Part shown: positions 35,318-48,171 of the stretch, one piece after another | Layout: each line of letters opens with the position of its first letter | How positions within the stretch are numbered: position 1 is the stretch's first letter | NCBI GenBank assembly: GCA_012026655.1 | Contig: JAAILG010001484.1 | Location: 1-64,000, forward strand | Direction: 5' to 3' | DNA from: Hydrolagus affinis | Taxonomy: Eukaryota | Length of the DNA: 64,000 bases | Position numbers and translations under genes: made by a program | Notes under the pieces: generated by a model | Told to the model about the DNA's origin: nothing | Database searches by the model: none | Seen by the model: only the letters and a program-made list of their open reading frames with translations

Positions 35318-38300
35318 AGTCTGCCGAGCGCAAGGAAGTTAAAGGGGATGCAACAGGTTAGGTTTAAAGGCTCAGTTAAGTTTGAGGAAAAAGGAGAATC
35401 CTTAACGGAGTGCGATACTGTGTGCAATTCAAATTGATCATGCTTTCGATCATCTCCCACCTCAAAAAAGGAACACTTTAATACATTCTAAAGCACAGAG
35501 AATATAAGAGCAAAACAATGGACAGTGAAGCTGCTTCTCTCTCCTTCTCACATCCTCCACTCACTTCTGCCATCAAATATGTCAGTGCTTGGTCAGGCTC
35601 TCTGCCTCAACTCTCATCACTTGCCATACATTACAACTGACCTATAACTCAGCTAATGACTGACGCGAAAAACAATTAAAAGAAAACTTTAAACAGCTTT
35701 CTTTCCTGTACTGTATGACAATATTGGCTTCATCTGATCAGAGACTGGGAGGCAGCTTCAGTGACACCAGCTCTGAGACACTGACCCATATGATGGATGC
35801 TGTGTTGTTGTCGTTTTTGTTACAGTGGCTGAAAAAAACCCATGGAGAGAAGAATGGACCCAGAGAGATGGGGAGACAGAGAGGGATCATGGGGGAGAGA
35901 GTAGGGGGAAGAGAGTGGAGAGAAGAGGAGAATGGCAGTGGGAGAGAGAGTAAGTGGGGGGATGGGGGGGGAGAGAATGAGGGGGCATGAGAAAGAGAGA
36001 TAGAGTGTATGATCATCTCCAATATCTCCCATGCTTTAGTGGCTTTCAGAAATAGAAAATTAGATTCCAATGTCTGTTCAGGTTTGGCTTCAGAGCTAAC
36101 AATATGAGAAGGAATCCAGAATAAAAGCCCAATTCCTGAACATTTGAATAATTCCCTCCAACTAGGCCCAAACCCCAGCTTTGCCAACAATTAATGGGAT
36201 TTGTGATCTGATGCTGGAGGGATGGAGCTGAGCCACTGGGCCCAGTGAGCTTGTAACCACACATGGATTGAGGTTCATCTCTGGATCTGAACGGCTTCAT
36301 TTGGTAAAGAACTGAGCCAAGCATCGTAGGGAGGCCAGTTTTCCCGTCATCATCACAGTGCTCATAAATGTTCCAACGTTGCAAGATGGCAACTTTAAAT
36401 CCACTCTACTCTTTCTATGAAAGTGATTTGTGCGAAACCTGACGTCTCTCTCATTCTCCTCTGATCACCACTTCCCATTGCGATCACCCCAATAGAAGCC
36501 GTGGGGAGATGTTTCAATGCACCTGCTGCCTGCGGATTCCAGCCACAACACTGGGGGGAAGGGTCCAATTGCAGATACCCATTTGTGCTCCATAATTTCC
36601 TCACCTTTAAAGCCCACCTCAACAACAACAACCTCAACACCTGTCTTTTCACTGTGTTGAGTGTCTTGTCCTGTTTTCAGGCAGTTGTCATTGTGTTACA
36701 AAGATTTCAAGCTCTTCAACGGTAATTCCCATCGGGTGACATTTGCAGGAAAATTAAGTAGCCATTTGTCCCAGCAAAGTGTCACAATATGCTGGCCAGT
36801 TTCACTGAAGATTGATGCCCAACTCCCATCTCTTTCCCCAGAGACCAACCTCACAAGGGAACCTTGAGTGCAGATGTTCACTGTCCACAGCCAAGCTCTC
36901 ATTCTCCCTCAGTGTAAAGAGACGCTTCCTGGCGTTGGCCCTAATGTGGCTGATCAGTTGAAGTGCAGGCTGTTCATCAACGTGAACGTTTCCTATGATG
37001 AAGCCTGAATCAGTGGAATGTTACACAGCAAATGACCTGGGTTCTCTAACCGTGCTCTCTCTGATGCTATTGAAATGCTGAGGGAAGGTGACAGAAAGCG
37101 TTCATATTATGAAAGCTGACGCTGAAACCTAATACTCAAATGCTTAATATGTCGAGGAAACATTCTGAGTACATTGTAAGAAGAAGATTGGATTATATTC
37201 AAGGGAGGATTTTACAAGAAGTTTGACAGGTTTTTATCAGCTTAGATGAGCTGCATAAAAGAGACACATGAAGCTTTACACTCTGCAATGAGGCACCAAT
37301 TTAGGCAGAATATTATTCATGTGGCTGAGGATTTTAAGGCGTATGGAAATGTGTCAGTGCTCCCTCCCTGCCTCCTGTAAAGCTGAGCATGTGTACAATT
37401 AAAGGAAGCTGCCTCGGCAGAGCATTGGCTGGTGGGTCAGCCTGAGGGAATCAGCAGGTGGGGCCAAGCAGTTAAGCAGCGTGTAGTGTTATTTCAAGGC
37501 TGACAGGAAGCATACATCACACAGCTCCACAAACATGGCCAGTTTCTGACGCAGCGTGATCAAAGCCTGTCAGCAGATAACAAAGTACTTTTAATATTAT
37601 GTTCTGACCATATAATTGGAAGCTAATTACTGCTGACAAATACCTTATAGACTGAGAGTTTGGGACGTGCCCTTGCCGCTAGCTGTCACTGTTGCAAGGA
37701 AGAGCCTCTCTCTCATGTGCTCTCTTCCCACTGGAAAAACCTCCTCTCTGATGAATAGTTCCTTTCAACACGAGGCCAAACATCTCAGTATCAGATGTTC
37801 TGGGTTTGTTTCTCCCCGTCTGCTGGTCAGTGAGGCCTCACACAGCACCACAGCTCTCCAGCCCCCAGAGAGCAAACTGATCTCATCCACACTTACCTCA
37901 ACAACCACTGACTTAAACATCCCAGAGCAGTATATGACATTCCCTGAAGTGGAGGCCAACTGAATCTTGATTAAGCCCAGCTCCAGACAGGACCAGGAAA
38001 TGGTTTTGCACCAATGCTAACAATCACTGTATGACATAGTACAGTATAGCAGAGTACAGTATAGTGTGTTTTTGTATGGAATTGGGAGCCAATTTGGGTT
38101 TCAGACAATGTTTAGGAACACTTGAAAGTTTAGGAACTGTTTCCAATTTCCACTTACCGGTAATATAAGCAACAGATACCCCACGAGCTGCTTTCATTTC
38201 TGTAACTCTAACATCTGTCCTTTAATTCCTGTGTTGGGCAGTCCCCCAGCCTGACACTCTCACCAGGGGATTAGAAGCTTGTGAGTTCAAGTCCTACAAC

Positions 38301-38374
38301 AGGTCTTTGAGCCCATATAGTCTAGGATGAGGCTCCAGTGCAATGCTGGGAGCACTGCTTTATTGTCCTTTCCA

Positions 38375-38770
38375 TCCCACATCCATGCCATGACCTGCTC
38401 TGCCTTCCTCCACATCCACAACATTGCCCAGCTCTGCCAATGTCTCATATAACCAGCCGCTAAAACTCTTATACATGCCGTCATAACATCTAGGCTTGAC
38501 TATGCAAACACCTTGATTGTTGCAAACACCTTCGGCCATTCTGCCTCACATTCTGGAACTCCATCCTGCAGTCTCTCTGCCTCACCCCATCCCTTGCCTC
38601 CTTCAAGACTCACCTCAAGGCTCGTCTCTTTGATGTGCTTTCAATCAACCTCCTTCACCCACCTTCCACCTTCCCCAATCACTACCCCCAGCTCAGGTCT
38701 GGAATACTGTCTGTCCAGCACCTTGGGACATCCTCCCAACGTGAAAGGCACTGTACAAATGTAATTTTGT
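38375..38770 (+). mobile_element. L2 fragments (internally deleted) with tail
   Basis: CTCCACATCCACAACATTGCC...AGGCTTGACTATGCAAAC (SRLDYAN-like) joined to LWNS..SFKTHLK and the tail. Confidence 0.75.
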
Positions 38771-38779
38771 ACAAATGTC

Positions 38780-38880
38780 ATTTTTGACGAAGGGTTGTGG
38801 ACCCAAAATGTTGACTCACTTTTCTTTCTCCATAAATGCCTGACCTGCTTAGTGTTCCCAGAGACATCTGTTTTCTTTGT
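38780..38880 (+). mobile_element. Penelope-like terminal repeat relic with a decayed minimal hammerhead motif
   Basis: TTGACGA-A-GGGT-TGTGG-ACCC-AAAA-TGTTGAC resembles CTGANGA-stemII-GAAA; followed by ATGCCTGACCTGCTTAGTGTTCCCAG. Confidence 0.55.
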
Positions 38881-38902
38881 AGCTTTGTTATTGTTGTCCT
38901 TT

Positions 38903-39160
38903 GTGTTTCGAACCCAGGCAGGTCAGGGCGAAACCTTGGGCAAGTTTCCTTACTCAACATACCTAATAATAATCCGTTCAGTAAATTGGTCATTTCAATC
39001 CATGACTGTTTGTGGGACAATGCTGTGTGCAATTGGCTGCCGCGTTTCGCCCACAAATATACAGCCAATTCACTTTACAGTATATTCTGTGAAGCGCTTT
39101 GAGATGTCTAGAAGACATGAAAAGCGCTATATCAAATGCAAGAATTATTATTATTATATT
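38903..39160 (+). mobile_element. tRNA/Deu SINE, 5'-truncated at the B box
   Basis: TTTCGAACCCAGGCAGGTCAGGGCGAAACC through the tail. Confidence 0.85.
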
Positions 39161-39194
39161 ATTTGTATGGGATGTTGAAACAATGTGCAGAATG

Positions 39195-39455
39195 CATGAA
39201 ATGTTGTGAAGTGGCAACACCACAACTCACGTGTTATTATCAGGGAATGTTTCAGCAGAGCAAGCCCTTGAGCCTGAGCTACTCTCTGATTTATTTCCGC
39301 TCCCCTGTCTTTTACCAACTTAGCTTTTATAGTTTTCCTTTTCAGATGTTGGTCTAATTCCTTTTTGAAATCCATTATGCATTGTGCTTCAACAACCATT
39401 TGTGGAGGGATAGAATTTTATGCCTTAATAACCCTCAGATTAAAACAATTCCCCA
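39195..39455 (-). mobile_element. Diverged CR1 3' fragment
   Basis: Minus strand MVVEAQCIMDFKKELDQHLK, the CR1 ORF2 C-terminal FK..LD motif. Confidence 0.6.
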
Positions 39456-39882
39456 AACCATTACCAGAGAAAGGGAAAGATTGTAAATGTACATCCTCTC
39501 GTTACTGGCTCAGCTTCTCGCTTGGTATCTGTGGCTTTGGTGGCAAAGCTGTTGAGGACACCAAGATTCCTGCTGAGCCAAGCGAGTAATTTGACTGTAG
39601 CAAAGAGGATGTGTTGAGCACAACAGGGCTTCTTCGTGGCTTATGTGGATCTGGATCAGTCAAGGAATCAGCGTGAGCCTGTTTGTACCCTCAGCTCAAA
39701 GCCTGAGCTCACATCCAGCAGAGATCGTGGAGCTGAAAGTCTCCTCTCTGACAGGACGGCTATACAGGGCGTGAAGTGAAACAAGCGTTCAGATCTCAAG
39801 CTGCTTTCCAGCTCACACAAGTCCGCCCATCCCTGCTCCTCCAAACACAATCTACAAAGCATTTGCTGTAAGATTATCTGTG

Positions 39883-40090
39883 AAGTCCTGTAGCTCAGTG
39901 CTAAGAGCACTTGCCTTGCAAGCGAGCGACCTGGGTTCGATTCCAGGCAGGGCGAACCTTGGGTACGTTTCCACAAACCTGATAATGATCCCTCAAGAAA
40001 AACAAACAATAATAAATTGGACACTTCAAGACTGTTCGTGGGACACTGCTCTGTGCGCAATTGGCTTCGCGTTTCGCCCACAAATATCGC
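39883..40090 (+). mobile_element. tRNA/Deu SINE, 3'-truncated
   Basis: TAGCTCAGTG...GGTTCGATTCC head and Deu core; tail absent. Confidence 0.8.
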
Positions 40091-40299
40091 AAACAAAAAA
40101 TTTGTTGCGGTGTATAACCTCCCTCCTTAATGATTTTTCTAAGTTCACGTGGATAATGTTCGGCAGCAGCAACATCCGCACTAGCAGCTTCCCCTCACAT
40201 CTTGATAGAATGTGGCTTGTATCGCTTTGAGTAGTGTCATGTGGCTGCCAAGCATCCAGCCGCTTAAGATCCTCCCATACTGTACAGGCCTGCTCTTGG

Positions 40300-40590
40300 A
40301 TTATGGAGGGAGGGGTGCAAGGGCATGAATTGCCTTGAAGGTGAGGACGAGGATCTTGAATTTGATCCTCTGGGGAATGGGGAGCCAATGGAGCCGGGCG
40401 AGGGTGGGAATGATGTGGTCGTGGAGCTTGGTGCGGGTGAGGACACAAGCTGCAGACTTCTGGATGAACCGGGAAGGCCGAAGAGGAGGGAGTGTCCATA
40501 CACAAGCTGTGATGTGACGAATGCGTGGACTAGGGTTTCGGCAGCCTGAGGGGTGAGGCAGTGGGTGGAGTCTGGCGATGTTGCGAACAC
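40300..40590 (-). mobile_element. L2 ORF2 fragment
   Basis: AAETLVHAFVTSQL and SAACVLTRTKLHDHIIPTLARLHWLPIPQRIKFKILVLTFK. Confidence 0.88.
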
Positions 40591-40979
40591 ACAGCAAAAT
40601 CCAACCTGATCAATTGTACGTCGCTCCAAAATGCTATCCTGCATGAAGGATGTGATATAACTGCCGGTAATTGTTGTTGCCACAGTGAACTGGGGTAATA
40701 TCTCATTTCTAAACACATAACCAAATGCTGTGAGACGCCATGGCAATGACTGACTCTGAACGGCAAACAACAAGCTGCAAATTAGACAGAGTTGCTGTGG
40801 GGGGAATGTGGATGAGGACACTTCTGTTTTTTAGAGCCATAGGTCTATAACGTCCACCTGAATAGAAGGCGGCCCTTGGGTTAACAGCTCATCCCAACGT
40901 AGCATTTTATAAACAAAATCTTGGGCTGAAGCTGCTGAATTTGGTGCATTTCTGCACAAACTGGGGAATATGCACAAAG

Positions 40980-41178
40980 TCCCCCAAAAAACACATTAAG
41001 AAAATTGGCCATTTCAACCCACGACTGCTTGTGGGACGCTGCTGTGCGCAATTGGCTGCTTATTTTCACCCACAAATATACAGTCAGTTCACTTTACAGT
41101 ATATTCTGTGAAGCGCTTTGAGACGTCGAGAAGATGTGAAAAGCGCTACATCAAATACAAGGATTATTTTTATTATTA
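40980..41178 (+). mobile_element. tRNA/Deu SINE 3' half
   Basis: Deu core plus tail. Confidence 0.85.
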
Positions 41179-42477
41179 AGGCTTTACTAGGGGCAGCCAG
41201 ATGGCTGAAGGCTATGGAGCTTTCACTCTGCACTTCAAAAAGATGGAACTGATTTGAATACTGTCCTTGTTACTTCGGTTCAAAAAGGAAATCTAACAAG
41301 AGATGAACGATAGGATGCCAGTTACATCAAGGGGTCCCACAAGACTGCATTAGCTCCATCACATGACCAGTCATAATCCCACAAGATTAAATCTTAATTG
41401 CACCGAACCAAAGTCCTTTGAGGCTACAACACACAGTGCAGGCCCCAAAATAGTTAAAAACAAAAATAGCCAAAATTCTGTTTTGCTTATCAGAATACTA
41501 ATAATTTTGGAGAGCTGGGCTCACGGCTGTCCCATAACACACTGTGTTTCACAGGAAGATTAGTGGGCTGAGCAGAAAGGAAGTGAGATACAGGAACAAG
41601 ATGACAAGTATAAAGCTGGAGAGAGTTGGGTGATTGATTAAGCAATGACAGAACAAGTCTGCAATAAAAGGCAGCAACAAAATTGGCAATTATCTTGCAT
41701 TCAAATGATTATGTGCACCAAGGATCTGCTGACAAGCCCGTTAGCCCACATTCTCCCTGCATAATAGCCAGAAAAATGCAGCGTTTAATAATTAGTAGTT
41801 GAGGCACACCATTTACAAGGTACACAGGGCAACAATTCATCTGTGCTGTTCAGCACTTCAGCCTATTGATTTAAGACACCGTAAACCTCTGCAAAGCTCT
41901 AAACTGTAACATCATACACGGTATCGTCTGTCAATAACAGCAGCAGGGCCTCGAGAACACCTCAGCGGAAAATCTAGAAAATTCTGTGCAATTCTGAACA
42001 AGGGATCTGCTTTCAAATCCCTTCAGAAAAGACATTTCTGAGAGTCTATTCCTTATTTGGAGCACATTAATTAAAGTGTTAAAGGTATGAAGTATCGATG
42101 TCTCTCCCTGAGGTAATGTCTCATACTTGTTCAGCCCTGAGGTACAGTTGCACTCACTGAAAAAGCCCCACTAAGACCAATTAAGGCCTTTACTAAGAGG
42201 CTGAAAGGAAGACAAATGGAGGTAGAAAGCGTGATTACAGGGAACCTTTGTACAGATGTAAAGCAATTAGAGACGTCCCTGGGGCCAGGCAGAGCCGTAC
42301 CTACAAGTAATGGATCTCACAGCTTGTCTAAACTTGGAACAATTCCTCTTTTCTGTGTATTATCGGGATAAAGCCAGCAGGCGTCGGATAAAGGATATCG
42401 GATCAGTTATCCAGGGGAACAGAAATGCTGTTTTGAACATTATTTTACCTTTATGATGCAACAGATTTGAATCAAAG

Positions 42478-42695
42478 TATCAGACAATCTTGCAGCACAA
42501 GAGGTCATCAGCCTATCATACCTATGCCAGCTCTTTGAAAAGAGCTGTCCAAATCAATCCCACTCCCCCGCTCTCCCCATAGCCCCACAAACTGGTCCTC
42601 CACAAATAATTATCTACTTCTCTCTTAAAAGTTGTTATTGAACCGGCATCGACCATCTTTTCAGGCAATGCATTCCAGATCCCAACAACTCCGAT
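42478..42695 (-). mobile_element. CR1 3' fragment
   Basis: VVGIWNALPEKMVDAGSITTFKREVDNYL, the CR1 ORF2 C-terminus. Confidence 0.85.
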
Positions 42696-43036
42696 ACTTG
42701 AAATACTTGTGATGACAGCTGCCCATTTCAAATAAAATAAAAAACCTGTTATATCAAATGCGAGGATTATTATTATTTCCATATTCTGATGAAAAAAGTA
42801 TAATATAAATGAGCACAAATCAGGAGAATGTTATGACTAACTTATCCTTTGGTCTCATCACTTGCCTGGTTTCCTCCATTCGCTTTCCTCCCACAAACAT
42901 ACCTGGCGACACAATAGCTATTTTCACTTGTTCGTAAGTTGCTAAACTTTGTGTTTACCTACAGAAAGCAAACTGTAAGCACAGTCAAAGAGGAAAGTTT
43001 TTAGACAGGACTTGAAAAAGAGGGGACAAGGCGGTC

Positions 43037-43110
43037 CCGACCTGCCTGGATTCGAACACAGGTCTCACGCTTGTAAGGCGAGTGCTCTACCCACTGAGCT
43101 ACTGGACCCC
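43037..43110 (-). mobile_element. SINE tRNA-like head only
   Basis: CTGCCTGGATTCGAACACAGGTCTCACGCTTGTAAGGCGAGTGCTCTACCCACTGAGCTAC. Confidence 0.8.
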
Positions 43111-44367
43111 AATTGTAACTCCAGTTGTAACTAGATATTTCTATTTTTCAGATCCGGATTGTAGAATACACTCTAAGATTGATGTAGAGCTCAATCAATC
43201 TGTATTGGTCTAATGGAGCAGCATTTGTTATTTAAGTCAGTGCTAAAGTCAGTGATGGGGGAGCCAGTGGATCCAGAACTGATGAGATGCGAGTGCGGAG
43301 GTTGGTCCGGGTCAGGATGCGGGCAGCAGAGATCTGAATGAGCTGATTACCCTTATTAATTACCACATTAAGGTGTAGAGACAAAGAGCCACACTTTTCT
43401 ATAGCAAAAGCCGGTTTTACAATCAGCCAACAAACAGCGCTGTGATCTGTGCAGAGCTTCTCATCTTCAAACAATGGAGCATCTTTGGTACTGCAACCCG
43501 TTAATGACTATCATTAAACTACCTCAGGAACAGCGTGGCTGCAAAACAAGACTGAGGACATTACTGTATTTCCCAGGCATTAGATTGGTTTCACATGAGC
43601 TGATTAGAATCATCCATGCTAATTACAGTGGAGCAAGTCAATTAGAGCAACCTTTCATTCTGTAATTAGGGGGTCGACTTTAACCTCGTCTGCACTGAAT
43701 TTATTTTATAGATTGCAGTTCACCAACAATCTTCCTGTCACTAAATAAATGGCAAATGGACCTATGTTTATTTTTAGGTGGAAATCAAGAGGACACTGCG
43801 ATTGGCAAGTCAAAGCATTTCACTGACGCAGGTTCAGTAACATGCAGGTGGTCATTTGTAGGATTCTGGAGAAATTGCAGCATTTACATATATATTAACT
43901 GCACAGAGAGATACAAGGTTAGGTTATTCTCATTAGACCAAACGATGTGGGGGGAGAGGGGGGAAGAGGAAACATGACAAGTTTATCAACCAGTGAAAAG
44001 AGCTGATAAGAGAGAAATTAATAAGTTATTTGCACAGAATGTGAAAGAGGACAAAGCAAAGATTGAGGCAAGAAAGGTCAAATGAAAATACAAGGCATTA
44101 GTTTTACTTCTAGAAAAAAATGCAATGAATTTTTAACCAAAATGGCTTTTAATACAATTAAAATGCTTGTTTATGGAGGAATTAAATACTGCAGCAGAAG
44201 GAGTAATGGGCATCGCGTGCCAGAGATTGTGTGGTGTACAGTCCAATGCAAGGAATTAATTTCTGTGGCAAATAATTGGGAATTAAGATACTCAATGATG
44301 GGAAAATTAAGGAATGGATTGAGTGAATCTTCTCTCCTCTTTTCCTTGTCTCTCCAGCCCATCCAGC

Positions 44368-44450
44368 ACAAACAACAACAAACAAACAAATCTTACATTT
44401 ATTAAGCGCCTTTCACGTCAAGAGGACGTCCCAAGGCGCTGTACAGTCAG
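44368..44450 (-). mobile_element. Solo L2 3' tail
   Basis: (CAA)n plus the near-perfect hairpin AGCGCCTT-TC-ACGTC-AAGAG-GACGT-CCC-AAGGCGCT. Confidence 0.8.
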
Positions 44451-45917
44451 GTAAGGACAAGAGCACCACCACTAACAACATACTGCTCTGTACACAGACA
44501 CATCAACATGTTACTGAAATAATCTTTCATTAGGGTTTCTCTGTAGGACCGATTAATGTAGCTGTCCTCTCAGGCTAGGCGCTTAAAAGTCATTTTGAAG
44601 GAATTTAAAACAAAACAGCCGATAAGGCACCGGTTGAACGCTTACACACGCACACAAACTCATACTTTAGGGTGAGCTAGTGAAAGCTCCTATGGAAGCA
44701 AGGGTAAGATGAGGAGAGCTGGAAGGTGGGATAAAGTACGAGGTCATGTGAACCCCAAATGAGCGAGTGTTTCAACTGTGAACCGATGAACCAGGAGGAG
44801 CTCTCCGCCACCTCCTGTAGACATTTTTAAAAATGCTACATTTTGTCGGACGAGCTATTTTCTTGTCACATTATATTCCAGGCATTTTTCATGTATTGTA
44901 GTGATGAGCTCAGCAGGAGATCCTGCCTGAATGCTAGACTCAATGGCCCTCTGTTTAGAATCTTATTACACGAAAGCCGTTTCTTTCATATGTATAAAAA
45001 ATAAAATAACAGTAAACAAGGTCTGTGATCACAGCAGCTAAATGGAAGGCAGTTTTAATTAGAAACAGTTTCGCGCCTATAATACATCTATCACCAAATA
45101 TTCATTTGTAAAATAAACTTCAAATAAACTGCTCTCATTAAGTGATTTAGGTGAATGAATGCAAAGAAAAGACAATTGCTGCTTGGAGAATTCAAGAAAT
45201 GAATAATTGAGGTGAATACATTAATCAGAATTACAGATGTAAGTGTTTTAGAAACAGTATAAAACAAGAGACAGCAGAACACAAGGATCAAAGCTGTGCT
45301 GTGTTTATCTGTGTAAATTTTGCTGCCAGGCTATTGCATTAGCTAATCCTGAGCACAGGTGGAAGAGCCATTCATTGCATGACTGATTTCAACTAATGCT
45401 ATTTTGGTTTTAAAGAATCAACTGTGCTCATTTTAATTGTAAAAATTAAAATATGGTAAACTAAACAGCGTCTCAGGGTCTGACTGGAAAATCTCATTTC
45501 CTATTTTCACGATTGCATCTACAATATAGAAAATAGTTAGGGTTTGAAAACTATATTTTCCTGATGATTAAGGCACATTCTGTAAAGAATCTGTCTTTTG
45601 TTGGTTATAACTTTAGACTGCAGTACAAGCACACGCACCCTGCACACCACAAACACCCACCCACACACCCATACCCCACCCCCACATATCCATACACACC
45701 CCACCCTGCACACCCACACACATAGCCCTGCACACTCCCCGCCCCACACACACCCACACACACATACACACAGTGGGTTAACCTAACCAGTTTCAAGCTG
45801 TGCAATTTAGGAGTTATGAAAGGTCCATCCCAACACAGAGTATGACCGGTCTGAACTGGTGTGATGTGTGAGTGGGGGCTAGCCATGTTGAGAAGATAGA
45901 ATCGTTGAATCATGGAA

Positions 45918-46147
45918 TTACGCCTAATAATAATGTCCAAAAAAACACAATAATAAACATAACAAACCCTAACATTTCAATCCACAACTGTTTGTGGGAC
46001 ACCGCTGTGCGCAATTGGCTGCCGTGTTCCACCCACAAATATACAGTCAATTCACTTTACAGTACTGTATATTCTATGAAGCGCTTTGAGACGTCGATAA
46101 GATGTGAAAATCGCTATATCAAATGCAAGGATTATTATTATTATAAT
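45918..46147 (+). mobile_element. tRNA/Deu SINE 3' two-thirds, abutting an inverted CR1 3' end (46145-46240)
   Basis: Deu core and tail, then CAGCACAGAAGGAGGCCATTCAGCC. Confidence 0.85.
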
Positions 46148-46734
46148 ACAGCACAGAAGGAGGCCATTCAGCCAATCAAGCCTGTGCCAGCTCTTTGTAA
46201 GAGCTCTCCAATCATTCCCCTCCCCCGATTCCCCTATGGGATGCTCTATAGGATTTTCTGTTTCCTTTTCTCTCCTCTCTCTCCCACCTCCAGAGCTGGT
46301 GTTCTGGACATGACTTATCATCCCACCCATTCTCACCTCCTCTTCTCTCTTACACAATATTGATTACATTTATTCACACAGCAAATCATTTAAAATCTAA
46401 CCCCATTATTCCATTATATACCAAGGTAATTAAAGATATCAGGAGGAACTAGATGAATCCCTCGGGTGCGTCTCAGGTGACACAAACTATAATGTGTCCA
46501 AGCCTCTAGAATTATTGGTGATCTCCTAATTAAATCCATCCTGCCCAGTGTAAGTTCCTGCTAATGAATTCTTACTTTTCTTCTGCTTGGCCCAACCTGC
46601 TACTTCTTCACTGACATTCTCTGTGCTTCTCCCTGCTCTTCAACTGGCGGCGGCAACAACAACGCACCAAAACACAAACTAGTCAACATGAGAACCGCAG
46701 AAATCCTACCACAATACACGGCAACAGCTTCATT

Positions 46735-47190
46735 ATTTACCCACCACCTTCACAGAGGATAGCGTCTGAGCGCTTCACAGGAGTGGGGTTGGATGTTGAG
46801 TGAGGGAGCGTTAGGGTTGATGTAAAATGTTGGGTGGGGGGGGGGGAGGAGAGGCAGGACCCTCCACGGTGTGTCCACAGGTTCTGAAGGCTTGGCCACA
46901 GGTGGTGAGGTAGAGGGTGCGAAACACAGGAAACAAGCTCAGGTTGCCAAGTGGTGGGCAAGCAGAAGAGCGGGGTAGGAGGTCCCAGAGGCAGGGAGGT
47001 GTCAGAGCATGGAGGTGAACCATGGAGATAATAAGCAGAGGAAGTGGTGCCCTGAAGGGGTGCAATGGATTGCCCAATGATGTCAGTTCCTATCTGGTGA
47101 ACTGGAGGGGATGGTGAGGAGAGAGACGCACTAGTTGTGCAATAACATACTGGGCAAAGCGGCTCACAGCAGATAGCACAGCGACTGCAG
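46735..47190 (-). mobile_element. Diverged L2 fragment
   Basis: Purine-rich on the plus strand with L2-like GAGCATGGAGG...CAATGGA and a tail-like CACCTTCAC...GAGCGCTTCAC. Confidence 0.45.
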
Positions 47191-48171
47191 GGGCTCTTGG
47201 GTTTGCATGCACAATTGTCTTATATCTCAAACTTCCTCAACACTCACAATGTTTCCAATACAATAAAATACAGTATAACAATAGCACCATCAACAACAAA
47301 TTGCATTTATATCATGCCTTTCATGTCAGGAGGCATTAAACCCCATCTTCATTCCAGATATTATTGCATCCCTGCAGTTTTGGTCAAAAGGAGACGGAAT
47401 TGCAACAGCCTTGACAGACAGTCCTTTAACAGTTAATTTGTTTCAGCGCACAATTAAGCTTCCACATGACAGCGGCACTCAGTGTCAGACTCTCTGCCTT
47501 GAAAGCAGCTCTCCATGTCCACTTAAGGCTTCAAAACGTTTGCTGCAATCAAAATATTAGTTACTTTATTCAGAGTAAGAATGCTGGAACAACTTGTTTG
47601 ATTAAATGTAAGAGTAGAGAGCGCAATTTGCTAAATTACAAGCATTTGGAACATGTAAATATAGTTTAATTACTGCAATTAGAGTAGATTACTGTAGATT
47701 GGCAGATGGGGCTGCAATACTCGTCTAATTAGAGCATTTTAATGCTCGGCAATATGAGGGAAATGTTAACTATTTGAATAGCTGCAGGCATGTAGCTGCT
47801 AAAAATACACTGGGCCTTTCATGTGAATGCTGTTACATCCAGATGAACGCATTCCTAACCCCAGTGTCAGTGAGAGTCAGAGAAAACGGTCAGATCTTCA
47901 ATTTTCACACAAATTAATAAACATATTGAAAATATATTTAAACTGGGTCACTATCGAGAACAGACATCATCTAATCGGTTTATAGATCACTTTACAAGTG
48001 TTGAATTTAACCAGTGACCAAGGTGATGGATTCCAGCTGATCTCTACTCCTGCTGGTGATCAAATGTTGAATGAGGAGTGGTTTCTGGAGGCACTGGCTA
48101 GAGGTGTAGTACAGTTTAAATGGTATTGATAAACAACCAGATTTACTTTATTTCCAATGCACCAAGACAAT

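Noticed and set aside
35754-35783. SFSDTSSETL peptide resembling AUTS2 ASDASSEKL
   Set aside because: Wrong strand relative to the recognised exon and no splice acceptor; coincidence.
38152-38205. Strong CCG|GTAAGT donor preceded by the short ORF MKAARGVSVAYIT
   Set aside because: The ORF ends in phase 1, incompatible with the phase-0 exon, and no promoter or acceptor signals were seen.
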